From Hypanus sabinus (taxonomy: Eukaryota), in NCBI RefSeq assembly GCF_030144855.1, contig NC_082712.1, positions 13,082,001-13,146,000 on the forward strand: a stretch of 64,000 nucleotides of DNA, given 5' to 3'. Both the position numbers and the translations under genes were made by a program. The notes beneath the pieces are model-generated. The model did no database searches. It saw only the letters and a list, made by a program, of their open reading frames with translations, and was not told the origin of the DNA. This document shows positions 36,311 through 50,300 of this stretch, in pieces (position 1 is the first letter of the stretch; every line of letters begins with the position of its first letter).

Positions 36311-37403
36311 AATAAATAAAAGCTTGAGCTTAGAGAAGGCTGACAGCTCGGCACAACATCGTGGGCCGAAGGGCCTGAACTCTGCTGTAATGTTCTATGT
36401 TCTAACTACAAATCTAATCTCTGATGCGCACAAAATGTCACCCCGGACCTCCGCGGAAAAAGCAATACAGGGAAGTCTCGACTCCCGCCATCCCACGTGC
36501 ACTGGGACCAGGGCAATCAGTCAACCCGGGGTGATTCTGCTCTTCTCATTCTCCACAAAGCTCGCCCACGACGCAAATCTCTCAGAGATCTGGCTCCTGA
36601 CTGAATCTCTGCCATATCTCCCTTCACCGTAATCCAGTTTAAACTGTCGTCATAACCGCTTCAAACATATTAACAATCGAAAAGTGATTCAACTCACGTA
36701 ACTTTTTCTTATATTACTGATAATCAGGTTCCTCCTTAATTTACAACCTTGATCCATTACAGAATACGTTGCATTTACGTTGCACCCAGGATTTTTGTAC
36801 CCACTTCCCAGCCAGAATTACTTCACTCTGCCATTCATACAAAGACGTCCCCCTAGATCAGAGATTACGAGAAATTTCCTTACACCACAGGTGGCTGAGT
36901 CTGTGGAATTTACTGTAATGAAACCCAATTTCCCTCGGGATCAATAAAGTATGTCTGTCTGTCTGGGTGTATGTAAGGCGGAGAGCCATAGGGGATGAGG
37001 GCAGGAGAGTGTGGTTGATAGGTATAGTAAATTAACCACAGTCGAATGTCAGAGCAGAATAGAATGGCTGAATCTTCTATTTCTGCTCCTTTGTTTTATG
37101 GTCTTAATCTAAGAACCATACTATTCGATCAATACTATCCTATAGCCTAAGGCCATTCGGCTTCCTATCAACACCACTACCTCTATTGCTGCGTTACTGT
37201 AAAGCTTCCAATTTGATGTGTACATGGGCTGAAAACCATATCTGTGTCGAACGCTGACACCGACGATAAAATCTACCCTTTGGGAATTCCGTTCATGTCT
37301 CAATCCTATTCCCTTCCAAAATTATAAGTGAAGAAGGATGCCGGATTTGGTCTCATTGTACAACTGCCGTGGATCACGTTAATTGATCTTGTTCTGTCCA
37401 CAG

Positions 37404-37537
37404 AGGCGGATGAGACCAATCCACCAAGGGAGGCTGAGAAGACCAGTTTTTTAAACCGGTTCAGCAGACCCGGCCTCCTCGCTCCATATGTTTACCACCA
37501 GCTGGGTGTAGACATTTCTGTTCCTACTTCCAAATAG
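37404..37537 (+). pseudogene. Cb: paralog of tail exon Ca, downstream of the inactivated TMb
   Basis: Acceptor gttctgtccacag|. The first ~48 nt align without gaps to 22356 onward. The phase-1 frame reads 'EADETNPPREAEKTSFLNRFSRPGLLAPYVYHQLGVDISVPTSK*'. Confidence 0.55.
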
Positions 37538-38559
37538 CTTTCTGATTTCCCAGTGTCTGTGTTTTCTGGTTCCATGCTCTCCGATATTTATCCTGTCCTG
37601 TTAGAATCTTACAAGGTTCTATGAGTTCTTAGACATTCCTCTCAACTCCAGTGTCTGTGGGGCCAACTAATTCACTCTCTCATCAGGCATTATTCCTGCT
37701 CCCTCTGGTTTCTTCATACACCTTCACTACATTCACTCTCTGATAAATCATCCCAACAAAGACAAACTCCAAACTGCACAAACGTCAGATAGGTTCTCTC
37801 TAAGGCCCTGTACAGCTGCAGCAACATTCTGTCTTCTGTTCTCAAATCACCTTGCAATGAAGTTCAATGTAACATTTGCTTCCAAACTGTCACTGCTGAA
37901 CTCCTGCTTTTAGCGTACAGGGACGTCCTGGCCTTCCCTCCGTTTCACCCTTCTGAAACAATCTGCATTCCCATAAGAACGTAAACATAGTATCAGAATT
38001 ATGCCATTCCGCTGATCGAGTCGGCTCCGCCATTCCATCATGGCTAATCCCACTCTGCCCCATACACCTGCCTTTTCACCATATCCTTTGATGCCCTGAC
38101 CAATCAGGATACTATCAACTTCACCTTGTCTTGTCCAACCACCACCACTGGTGGTTTGGAACATGCAGGAGCAGTGTGTGGTTAAGTCCCTTGCTCAAGG
38201 ACACACGCTTACATTCCTTCTTGATCTTTCCTGCCTATCGCCTCGGCTGAGGCTCGAACTAATCAGATCGCTAGCCCAAAGCCTTAACCACTTCGCCACA
38301 CACCTACACAAATATATGCACGGACTTGGCCTCTACAGCAGTCAGTTACAGAGAATTCCACAAATCCACTGATCTCTGATTAAAAAAATTCCTCCTTACC
38401 TCAGTCCTAAAATGTCACTCCTCAGTTTTGAGGCTGTGCCCTCAAGTTCTGCGAGAATGAGGAATTTTGCAGGAATGTGGCAAGTGTGCATTCAGTGGAT
38501 TGATGCAACACGTACCACACGCGGGAGGAATTCAGCAGGTTGGACAGAATCCGTGGAAA

Positions 38560-40300
38560 CAAGCATCAACGTTTCGGGCCAAGACCCTTCATCAGGAATG
38601 AAGAGGGAGGGGGCAGGGGCCCTATAGAGAAGGTGAGGGGAGGGTGGGAAGGAGAAGGCTGTAGGTGCCGGTGAAAATCCAGTAAGAGGAAAGGACGAAG
38701 GGCGGGGGAGGGGAAGCAGAGGCAATAGGCAGGAAAGGTGAAGAAGGAACGTAAGGGGAAAGCACTATGGGTAGTAGAAGGAGGCGGAACCATGAGGGAG
38801 GTGATAGGCAGCTGGAAGAGCAGTCAGAGTGAAAGTGGGATGGGGGAAGGGAGAGGGAGGGATTTACCGGAAGTTTGAGAATTCAATGTTCATGCCAAGG
38901 GGCTGGAAACTACCCAGACCGTATATGAGGTGTTGCTCCTCCAACCTGAGTTTGGCCTCATCATGGTAGTAGACGCGGCCATGTTTGGACATATCCAAAT
39001 GGGAATGTGAAGCAGAGTTGAAGTGGGTGGCAACCGGGAGATCCTGTTTCTTGTGACAGATGGAACAAGGGTGCGCAATGAAGCAGTCCCCCAATCTGCG
39101 TCGGGTCTGTCCGATGTAGAGGAGGCCGTACCGGGAGCACCGAATGCAATAGATGACCCCAACAGACACAGCAGTGAAGTGTTGCCGCACCTGGAAGGAC
39201 TGTTTGGGGCCCTGAATGGTGGTAAGAGAGGAGATGTAAGGACAGGTGTAGCACTTATGCTTGCAGGGATAAGTGCCAGGTGGGAGATCTGTGGAGAGGG
39301 ATGAGTGGACCAGGGAGTCGTAGAGGGAACGATCCCTGCAGAAAGCAGAGAGGGGTAGAGAGGGAAAGATGTGCTTAATGGTGGGGTCCTGTTGAAATTG
39401 GTGGAAGTGGCGGAGGATAGTGTGTTGGATCTGTAGACTGGTGGGGTGGTAGGTGAGGACAAGGGGAACTCGGTCCCTGTTGTGGTGACAGGTGGATGGG
39501 GTAAGGGCTGAAGTGCGGGAAATGAAGGAGATGTGGGTGAGGGCACCATTGATGACGGCAGAAGGGAAACCACGATCCTTAAAGAAAGAGGACATCTGAG
39601 ATGTCCTGGAACAGAAAGCCTCAACCTGGGACCAGATGCGGAGGAGACGAAGGAACTGGAAATAAGGAATAGCATTTTTGCATTTGGCAGGATGGGAAGA
39701 GGGATAGTCGAGGTAGTTATGAGAGTCCTTCAGTTTATAGAAGATGTCAGTGGACAGTCTGTCTCCAGAGATTGAGAAAGGGGAGAGAAGTGTCAGAGCT
39801 GGACCAAGTGAATTTGAGGGCTGGGTGGAAGTGAGAGGCAAAGTCGATGAAATTGATGAGCTCAGCATGGGTGCAGGAAGCAACACCAATGTAGTTGTCA
39901 ATGTATTGAAAGAAAAGTTGGGGAGCAGCACCAGTATAGATTTGGAGCATAGACTCTTCCACATAACCAACAAAGAGGCAGGCATAGCTGGGGCCCATGC
40001 GAGTGCCCATAGCTACACCCTTGGTCTGAAGAAAGTGTGAAGAGCCAAAAGAGAAGTTATTAAGTGTGAGTACCAGTTCTGCCAACCGGAGGAGTGTGGT
40101 GTTGTTGGGGAACTGGTGAGGTCTGTTGTCCAGAAAGTAGTGGAGGGGGTTGAGGCCTTCTAGATGAGGAATTGAAGTGTATAAGGATTGGACATCCATT
40201 GTGAAAATAAAGTGGTCGGGACTGGGGAACTGGAAGTTATTGAAGTGGTGGAGGGCATGGGATGTATGCTGGATGTAGGTGGGGAGGGACTGAACAATGA
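38560..40300 (-). mobile_element. Penelope-like element: RT C-terminus plus GIY-YIG endonuclease
   Basis: ORFs 39747-40376 ('MDVQSLYTSIPH', 'GVAMGTRMGPSYA') and 38864-39985 ('VIYCIRC..LYIGQTRR..PVATHFN'). Confidence 0.92.
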
Positions 40301-42827
40301 GTGACAAAATGACAAAATGTGATGCTGAAGCTTTATAAGGCACTGGAAGGGTGGAGCAAAATGAAGATGGCGCCAAATGGTGATTCTTTTGCTTGCATCT
40401 TCCAAAACAGCTCTATTTCTATCTTTGATATGTCTTTTTTCGCTTTTGAAGGATCTTTTTAAGACCCTGACCCAGAGTTACACTCTGACTTTGGTTCTTT
40501 GTGGGAATGGGACCCGCTCTCAGGGCCTCACGACCGGCGCTTTTTGATTCCCCAAGGACGAGGCCTGCAAGCTCGCCTTCAGGGTGCCGGATTTTCGTGG
40601 TTCTGGAGACGGGAAATTCAAGGCCGGTGCCCCTGACTGAGGCATTGCGGGAGAACATGGAACATCAGGAGCAGTGGGTTAGCTGCCTGTTGTGTTCCAG
40701 AACCAGAGGCCACAGTTTAAGAATAAGGGGTAGGCCATTTAGAACAGAGTTGAGGAAAAACCTTTTCACCCAGAGAGTGGTGAATATGTTGAATGCTCTG
40801 CCTCAGAAGGCAGTGGAGGCCAATTCTCTGGATGCTTTCAAGAAAGAGTTAGGTAAAGTTCTTAAAGATAGCTGAGTCAAGGGATATGGAAAGAAGGCAG
40901 GAATGGGGTACTGATTATGGATGATCAACCATGATCACATTGAATGGTGGTGCTGACTCGAAGGGCCAAACGGCCTACTCCTGCACCTATTGTCTATTGT
41001 GTGTCCAGGACTTGAGCCTCGGGGCCGATTCTCTGGGCGCAGAGCTCGGAAAATGCAATGCAGCAAACTTTTAAGATCATAAATCAGTTTTTCATTATGC
41101 ATCCCCTCTCGCTGAGATATGGGAACATCTCTTTTTCCCTTATAAGTGGGAGAGGGAACCTGTGGTATGTCGAATTACCAGGGGAACGGATAGTCTTTGG
41201 GGTACTGCAAGTCTGTGTCTTTACTGATGCTTTGCTGGGGGGGGGGGCTTTGTCTTGCTGCTGCTTGTGCGAGGGAGCGGGGTGCTGGGGAGGGCTTTGG
41301 GTTCTAATGTTTAATTGTCATTCATGCTTTGGGGCACTCGTCTGTTTTCATGGATGTTAGTGAAGAAAAGGAATTTCAGGATGTATATTGTATGGATTTC
41401 TCTGGCATTAAATGTACCTATTGAACCTATTGGTGAGGCCTCATCATGAGTATTGTGACCAGTCTTGGACTCCTCATCTGAGAAAAGATGTGCCGGCATT
41501 GGGGAGGGTTCAGGGCAGGTTCACAAGGAAGATTCTGGAAACAAAAGGGTAATCATATGATGAACGTTTGATGGCTCTGGGACTGTACTCACTGGAATTT
41601 AGATGGATGGGGGGGGTGACCTCATTGAAACCTTCCAAATGTTGAAAGGTCTGCACAGAGTAGATGCGGAAAGGAAGTTTTCCATGATAGGGGAGAGGGC
41701 ACAATCTTATGACAGAGATGTGGAGACATTTCTTTTGTCAGAGGGTGATGAATTTGTGGAATTTGTCACCACAGGCAGCTGTACTGACCAAGTCACTGGG
41801 GTTTTTAAGGCAGTGATTGATAACTTCTTGACTGGACAGGGCATCAAAGGTTACGAGGAATGGGCTGGGGAGCGGGGCTGAGGAGGGAGAGAAAGGATTG
41901 ACCAGGATTGAGTGGCAGAGCAGACTTGATGGGCCAAATGGCCAAACTCTGTGCCTATGACTTATAGTCTTGTACACATAATCTGTCTTGCATCCTGAGA
42001 CAACTCCTGATTTTCTTGGAGATGTTATTGAAATTCTGAGATTTATGGATTGGACTGTAGTTCATATTGGCCTCTTACAGTTCTATGTTTTTTTTCTCGT
42101 GGTCTCGCCCATTATTTCTTGCTGCAGATTGGCGGGCTGGGGTTTGGGTGATCTGTAGTTTTTGTGTAAGGGAGGGTTTGGGGTGTTCGTGGTTTTTGGG
42201 TTTTTGTTTATTTCTTTTCATGCAGGAGGGCATTGATGTCTTCCAACAAATGATTTTCTGTGCTCTATGGCTACGTGGAGAAGACAAATTTCAGAGTTCT
42301 ATTATGCATATATACCTTGATGATAAAATGAACCTTTGAACATACTGCAGATGATGGAATCCCAGTGTAACACACAAAAACAAGCTGGAGGAATTCAGCA
42401 AATCAGTAAGTATCAATGGAAAGGAATAAACAGCTGGTATTTTGGAGTGAAACCCTTTGTCAGTCTAGTCCTGATGAAGGATCTTGGCCAGAAATGTCAA
42501 CGGTTTATTTCTATTCATAGATGTTGCCTGACTTTCTGAGGTCCTGCATAGTCTCCTAATGGCAAAGAGATTAAAGATGAAGGATCCTGAGGTGAACGGT
42601 CCATCATGATTGTGTTGTCTGGGGGAGCAGGGTCGGTCAGACAAATGGCTGACACCTGCTAATAGGTCTCACAGTGGTGGGTGGGTTTAAAGGGATGAAT
42701 TGTCCCTGAGAGGGAAAAAGCGAGTAAAGTTAGAACTGACAAGTAACCATTGTGCAAAAGAAGACCAGCTGTCAAAAAATAACAAGTAATAGATAGATAG
42801 ATAGATAACAATATGAAGAATGTAAGT

Positions 42828-45800
42828 CGACATTTAAGGATGATATAAGGGAGAAAAGTAAAATTTTAGAAATAATAACTGAGAATAGTATGTTTTTTTT
42901 AATATATACTTTTTATGTTGCGGGGGGGTTGGGGAGCTTTGAATCGGTTACTACGGGATTCACGTGTGTAATCATGGCGATTGCCATGACCCGTACAATA
43001 GAGGGGGGTAATGTTGTGTTTTTTTTCTTTCACAACATTAGTAGGGGGGTATTTTGTTTTTTTCTTTACTTTCTATTTTTCTTCTATTCTTTTGCCTGGA
43101 TGATTGGTGGGGACACACATAGCAACATGGAGACTTCTAAAAGGATTTCCCAGGATACAATGAAAGTTGAAAGATTAGATATTATTATAGATTGGAGTAA
43201 CATAATTAAAAATAATGACTAATCTATTGAATTTTTAAAGTTTTAATGTTAATGGGCTTAATGGACCAATAAAAAGAAAAAGAATTTTAACATATATTAA
43301 AAAAATGAAAATAGATATAGCTTTCTTACAAGAAACTCATTTAACGGATATAGAACATCAGAAATTAAAAAGAGACTGGGTTGGAAATGTTATTGCAGCT
43401 TCATTTAACTCAAAGGCGAGAGGAGTTGCAATTTTGGTTAATAAAAATTTACCAATTAAAATACAAAATGTATTAACTGATTCGGCAGGAAGATATTTAA
43501 TTATACATTGTCAAATTTTTTCAGAACTATGGACTCTTATGAATATTTATGCACCAAATGAAAATGATGTAAAATTTATACAGGAGGTTTTTTTGAATTT
43601 GGCTAACGCACATGATAAAATATTAATAGGTGGAGATTTTAATTTTTGTTTAGATCCAGTTTTAGATAGATCAACAAAGGCTATTACAAAATCAAAAGTA
43701 GCAAAATTAACTCTATCATTGATGAAAGATTTAAATTTGATTGATATATGGAGAAGAATCAATCCAAAAGAAAGGGATTATTCATTCTATTCAAATAGAC
43801 ATAAAACATACTCTAGGATAGATTTTTTCCTATTATCAACAAATACTCTCTATCTTGAAAAATGTGGAATATAAAGCAAGAATATTGTCTGATCACTCTC
43901 CTTTAATAATGACAATGACAATGATAGATAAAGAGGAATCAATTTATAGATGGAGATTTAATTCAATTCTATTAAAATGTCAAGATTTTTGTGATTTTAT
44001 GAAAAAGCAGATTCTGTTTTTTTTAGATACAAATTTACATTCAGTTGATGATAAATTTATATTATGGGAAGCAATGAAAGCATATTTGAGAGGCCAGATA
44101 ATAAGTTATACATCTAAAATTAGGAAGGAATATATGATAGAAATAGATCAATTGGAAAAAGAGATTACAAAATTAGAAAAAGAATCTCAAAGAAATATGA
44201 CAGAAGAAAAACGAAGACAACTTATTAATAAGAAGTTAAAATATAATACACTCCAGACATATCGAACAGAAAAAGTAATTATGAGAACTAAACAGAGATA
44301 TTATGAACTAGATGAAAGATCACATAAATTTCTTGCATGGCAGTTAAAAACAGATCAGATTTCCAAAGCAATAAATGCAATTCAAACAAAAGTGAATGAA
44401 ATTACTTATAAGCCTCTAGTAATTAATGAGGCTTTTAAGAATTTTTATTCTGAGTTGTATAAATCAGAATCAAAGAATGATGATGTTAAGATAGAAGAAT
44501 TTTTATCACAAATAACTTTTCCAAAATTAAATACAGAAGAACAAAAGGGATTAGATACGCCTTTTACATTGAAGGAAGTTGAGGAAGCTTTGGGATCACT
44601 TCAAAGTAATAAATCTCCAGGAGAAGATGGTTTTCCACCTGAATTTTATAAAAAGTTTAAAGATTTATTAATTCCTCCTTTTATGGAGTTAATATATCAA
44701 GCGGAAAGAACGCATAAACTTCCAGAATCTTTTTCAACAGCTATTTTAATAGTATTGCCAAAAAAAGATAGAGACCTTTTAAAACCAGCATCATATAGAC
44801 CTATTTCTTTATTAAATACCGATTATAAAATAATAGCAAAAATCTTATCTAATAGATTATCTAAATGCTTACCAAAATTAGTGCATATGGATCAAACAGG
44901 ATTTATCAAAAATAGACAATCGGCAGATAATGTAACCCGGTTATTTAGTATAATCCATTTAGCGCAAAAGAGGGAGGAAATGAGTGTGGCGGTTGCTTTA
45001 GATGCAGAAAAAGCATTTGATAGATTGGAATGGGATTTTTTATTTAAGGTATTGGAAAAATATGGATTAGGAACATCATTTATAAAACGGATTAAAACCT
45101 TAAATACTAATCCCAAAGCTAAAGTAGTGACAAATGGTCAAATTTCAACATCATTTCAGTTAACAAAATCAACTAGGCAAGGTTGCCCATTATCACCTGC
45201 TTTGTTTGTGTTGGCAATAGAACCACCAGCTGAATTAATTAGAATGGATCCAGATATTAAGGGTTTCAGAGTTAATCAGGAAGAATACAAGATTAATTTA
45301 TTTGCTGATGATGTTCTACTTTATTTAACAGATCCACTACATTCACTACGCAAATTATCCTGTAGATTAGAAGAATATGGGAAAATATCGGGTTATAAAA
45401 TAAATTGGGATAAAAGTGAAATTTTACCTCTTACTAAAGGAGATTATAATCAATGTCGATTAATAACTCAATTTAGATGGCCAGCAAATGGTATAAAATA
45501 TTTAGGTATAAGAGTTGATAATGACATAAAAAACATAAAAATTAAATTATTTACCACTTTTGAAAAAAATTCAGGAAGATCTTGATAAATGGATGGCATT
45601 ACCAATAACATTAGTAGGTAGAGTAAATACTATAAAAATGAATATATTCCCTAGACTACAATATTTATTTCAATCATTACCAATACCCCAGAAGTTTTTT
45701 CAAGAGTTAAACAAATATGTGAGGAAATTTCTCTGGAAAGGTAAGATGTCAAGAATATCGTTGGAAAAATTGACATGGAAATTTGATCTAGGAGGATTAC

Positions 45801-47211
45801 AACTTCCAAATTTTAAGAATTATTATAAAGCAAATCAACTTAGATTTATTGCATCTTTTTTCGAGAAAGATAAACCAGCATGGGTTAGAATAGAACTAGA
45901 TAAAATGGGAGAAAACGTACCAGAAGATTTTATATACAAATGGGAATCTAAATGGATATGGGAAAAGAAAGAATCTCCTATATTAAAACATTTGATTGAT
46001 TTATGGAATAAGATAAATGTTGATGATGAGACAAAAAAATCTTTATTAGCAAAGAGATCTTTAATTCAAAATAGACATTCCTTTCACAATGGACAATCAA
46101 CTTTTATATAATTGGATTCAAAAAGGGATTAGATATATAGGGAATTGTTTTGAAGGAGGTATATTAATGTCATTTGATCAATTAAAGAATAAATATAAAG
46201 TATCAAATAATACTTTATTTTGTTACTTTCAATTAAGGGCTTATTTAAGAGAAAAATTAGGTCAAACAATGTTATTGCCGAAACCTAATGAAATAGAAAT
46301 TTTAATTCAAAAAGGAAATATTAAAAAAAATTGTATCTTGTATGTATAATTTGATTCAAAAACAGGCAATTAAACAAGGAGTTCATAAGTCAAGACAAAA
46401 ATGGGAAAGTGATTTGAATATTAAAATTGAAGAAACAAATTGGTCAAGACTATGTCTTGATAGCATGACAAATACAATAAATGTTCGGTTAAGATTAGTG
46501 CAGTATAATTTCCTACATCAATTATATATTACACCACAAAAAATAAATAAATTAAATCCAAACTTATCGGATCAGTGTTTCCAATGTAACCAGGAAACTG
46601 GTACTTTTTTACATTCTACTTGGTCTTGTTCTAAAATTCAACCTTTTTGGACAAATTTAAGACTTTTACTGGAACAAATTACAGGAATACAATTTCCTCA
46701 TAATCCAATATTACTCTTATTAGGTGATATTGAAGGGATAAAACCAAAACTCAAACTAAATAAATAGCAGAAAGAATTTATAAAAATTGCACTGGCAGTA
46801 GCCAAAAACGCTATTGCAGTTACTTGGAAATCGGATACATATTTAAGTATAGATTCTTGGAAGAAAGAAATTTATGGTTGTATTCCATTAGAAAAAATTA
46901 CGTATAATTTAAGAGATAAATATGAAACATTTCTGAAAATTTGGAGCCCTTATTTACAAAAGACAGGATTAAATCTATAAATGTTCTGAAGATGAAACAA
47001 TTGGTTATTTGGGGAAAGAAATAAATATACATATTAAAGTTATTACGAATTGCATGGAGCATGTGGAGATCTTCCAACAACCAGGCAATCTTTCTTTCTT
47101 TTTTTCTCTATAGGGCAGTTAGGGGGGAGGGGATAAGGGGAGGGGGGAAGGGTATATATACATTGTTTTTCCATACTTCATTTTGTAACTACTTAAAAAT
47201 GCAATAAAAAA
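42828..47211 (+). mobile_element. L1-clade LINE with a full-span but frameshifted ORF2 and a 12-bp target-site duplication
   Basis: Endonuclease ('NVNGLNGPIKR', 'LQETH', 'GGDFN', 'SRIDFF', 'SDHSP') and RT ('LDAEKAFD', 'RQGCPLSP', 'FADD'). AATAAA and an A-tail near 47203-47211. AAGAATGTAAGT occurs at 42816-42827 and 47212-47223. Confidence 0.95.
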
Positions 47212-47802
47212 AAGAATGTAAGTTGCAGAATCCTTGAAACTGAGTTCACGAGCTGTGTTCAGTGATCAGTTTTGTGCTGAGGCAGGTGAAGTCATCCACA
47301 CTATTTCAGAAACCTGATGACTGAAGGGTAATAACTCTTCCTCAACCTAAGGGGCATTTATCTTCTTCCTGATAGCAGCAAGAGAGAAGGGAGAGTGGGC
47401 TGGATGGTGGGTGCCCTAAATGATGGGTGCTGCTTTCTTGTGGCAGTGCTGCTTTTAAATGTGCTCAATGGTGGGGAGGACGTTGCGTGTGACGGACAGG
47501 ACTGTATACAACACACTTTGTCGGTTTTACATTCATGGGCATTGGTATTTCCTCTCATCATTATTAGAGAAAACAGATCTTCTCTGACTGCCAATTATTG
47601 ATGAAGTTTCGATCTGCTGTTTGTCGGAGTGTTTCCAATTTCCAACAGACGTTACACAGAAGATAATACAATATGAGCTAATAGAGTGAGAGTGAGAAAG
47701 GGTTTTTGCATGAACCAAAATTTACACATGGACTGTTTAATCTCTGGAATGTGTTTGATGCATTGACACAGGTACCTAGATAGGCAAGGCGTAGAAAGAT
47801 AT

Positions 47803-49330
47803 CAAGTCATGTCAAGTCATTTTTTATTGTCATTTCGACCATAACTGCTGGTACACTACATAGGAAAAATGAGACAATGTTTTTTTCAGGACCATGCTGT
47901 TACATGATACAGTACAAAAACTAGACTGAACTACGTAAAATACAACACAGAAAAAAAACTACACTACACTACAGACCTACACAGGACTGCATAAAGTGCA
48001 CAAAACAGTGCCGGCATTACAATGAATAATAAACAAGACAATAGGACAATAAGGTGTCAGTCCAGGCTCTGGGTATTGAGGAGTCTGATAGCTTGGGGGA
48101 AGAAACTGTTACATAGTCTGGTCATGAGAGCCCGAATGCTTTGGTGCCTTTTCCCAGACGGCAGGAGGGAGAAGAGTTTGTATGAGGGGTGTGTGAGATC
48201 CTTCATAATGCTGTTACTTTGCAGATGCAGCGTGTACAGTAAATGCCCATAATGGCGGTGAGAGACCCCGATGATCTCAGCTGACCTCACTATCCGCTGC
48301 AGGGTCTTGTGTTCCGAGATGGTGCAATTTCCGAACCAGGCAGTGATGCAGCTGCTCAGGGCGCTCTCAATACAACCCCTGTAGAATGTGATGAGAATGG
48401 GGGCTGGGAGATGGACTTTCCTCAGCCTTCACAAAAAGTAGAGACGCTGCTGGGCTTTCTTTGCTATGGAGCTGGTGTTGAGGGACCAGGTGAGATTCTC
48501 TGTCAGGTGAACACCAAGAAATTTGGTGCTCTTTACGATCTCTACCGAGGAGCCGTTGATGTTCAGCGGGGATTGGTTGCTCTGTGCCCTCCTGAAGTCA
48601 ACAACCATCTCTTTTGTTTTGTTCACATTAAGAGACAGGTTGTTGACTCTGCACCAGTCCGTTAGCCGCTGCACCTCCTCTCTGTAAGCTGACTCGTTGT
48701 TCTTGCTGATGAGACCCACCACGGTTGTGTCATCGGCGAACTTGATGATGTGGCTTGAGCTGTGTGTTGCAGCACAGTCGTGGGTCAGCAGAGTGAACAA
48801 CAGTGGACTGAGCACACAGCCCTGGGGGGCCCCTGTGCTCAATGTGATGGTGTTGGAGATACTGCTCCCAATCTGGACTGACTGAGGTCTCCCAGTCAGG
48901 AAGTCTGGGATCCAGTTGCAGAGGGAGGTGTTCTGGTCCAGTAGGCTCAGTTTTCCAATCAGTTTCTGAGGGATGATTGTGTTGAATGCTGAACTGAAGT
49001 CTATGAACAGCATTTGAATGTGTGAGGAGGGTCTCAGCCCAAAATATTGACAGTCCTTCTCTTTAGAGATGCGGCCTGGCTTGCTGTGTTCCACCAGCAT
49101 TTTGTGTGTGTTGTATGAACGTATGTGTCCTTTTTGTCCAGGTGGATTAGGGCCAGGTGGAGGGTGATGGCAATGATGTCGTCTGTCGAGCGGTTGGGAC
49201 GGTCCACAAACTGCAGGGGGTTCAGTGAGGGGGGCAGCAGGATCTTGATATGCCTCATGACAAGCCTCTCAAAACACTTCATGATAATGGATGTGAGTGC
49301 AACAGGACAGTAGCCATTTAGGCAGGACAC
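47803..49330 (-). mobile_element. Rex1/Babar-like LINE RT fragment
   Basis: ORF 48429-49100 '[45 protein letters not shown]'; short-repeat tail near 47803. Confidence 0.9.
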
Positions 49331-49779
49331 TGAACACTTCTTTGGCAAATATTCAGCAATATGCACCTATTGGGCTGGAATGGGCTGCATAGATAGGCAA
49401 CAGGTTGTCATGCACGTTGTGGGCCCACAGGATAATTTCTTCACTGAACGGAATGCCTACAATTCTTAAGAGAAGTTTGGATACGTACATAGATGAAAGG
49501 GGTATGGAGGACAATGGACCATGTGTGGATCGATGGGCCAAGCCCAAATAGTTTTGTGTGTACTCGATGGATCAAAGGGTCAGTTTTTGTGCTGACACTT
49601 TCAGACTCTACAACTGTAGTGATATGTTAATCTATTTCCATTGTTTCGCTTGGAAGCACCTACTTAAACACTGGGAACATCTTACCAAAACCATCCATAA
49701 CAGTTACTATGTTTGTCTTTTTAATGTTTCTCTTATCAACCACCTTCGTTCCATCCAAAAATCCCCATTCCCATTCGGA

Positions 49780-50300
49780 CACATTGGTCCATGGTCCCAC
49801 CTACTGCCACAATGAGGCCACTCTCAATTTGAGGAGCAGCACACCATATTCAGTTTGGATGGCTTTCAAGCTGAAAGCAATAACATCGATATTTCCAACT
49901 TCTGCTAATCCCCCTCCCCATCCCTCTTCCTCAATTCCCCACACTGCCCCCTTAGCTCTTTTCATCCCATCCCCTGCCTATAAACTGCCCCGGCGCCCTC
50001 CTAATGTCCTTCCCCATTTCCCATCTTCCATTATAATTTCCTATAAGATCCTTTCTTCTCCAGCCCCTTGGTTTTTCTACTTATCATCTCCCTACTTCTT
50101 ACATCAACCCCCCTCCCCAACCCACTGGCTTCAATTATTTCCTTCTAATTTGTACTCATTTTACTCCCTGTATTGTTCATTCAGGCTTCTCTCCATCCTT
50201 TGCAGTCCTGATGAAGGGATTTGGCCTGAAATGTCGAATGTTTATTCCTGTAGATGATGGCTGACCTGCTGAGTTCCTCCAGAATTTTGTGTGTGTTGTA
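49780..50300 (+). mobile_element. Penelope-like 3' fragment
   Basis: Degenerate 'HGPTYCHNEATL..EQH.IF' endonuclease C-terminus followed by the common terminal-repeat sequence. Confidence 0.6.
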
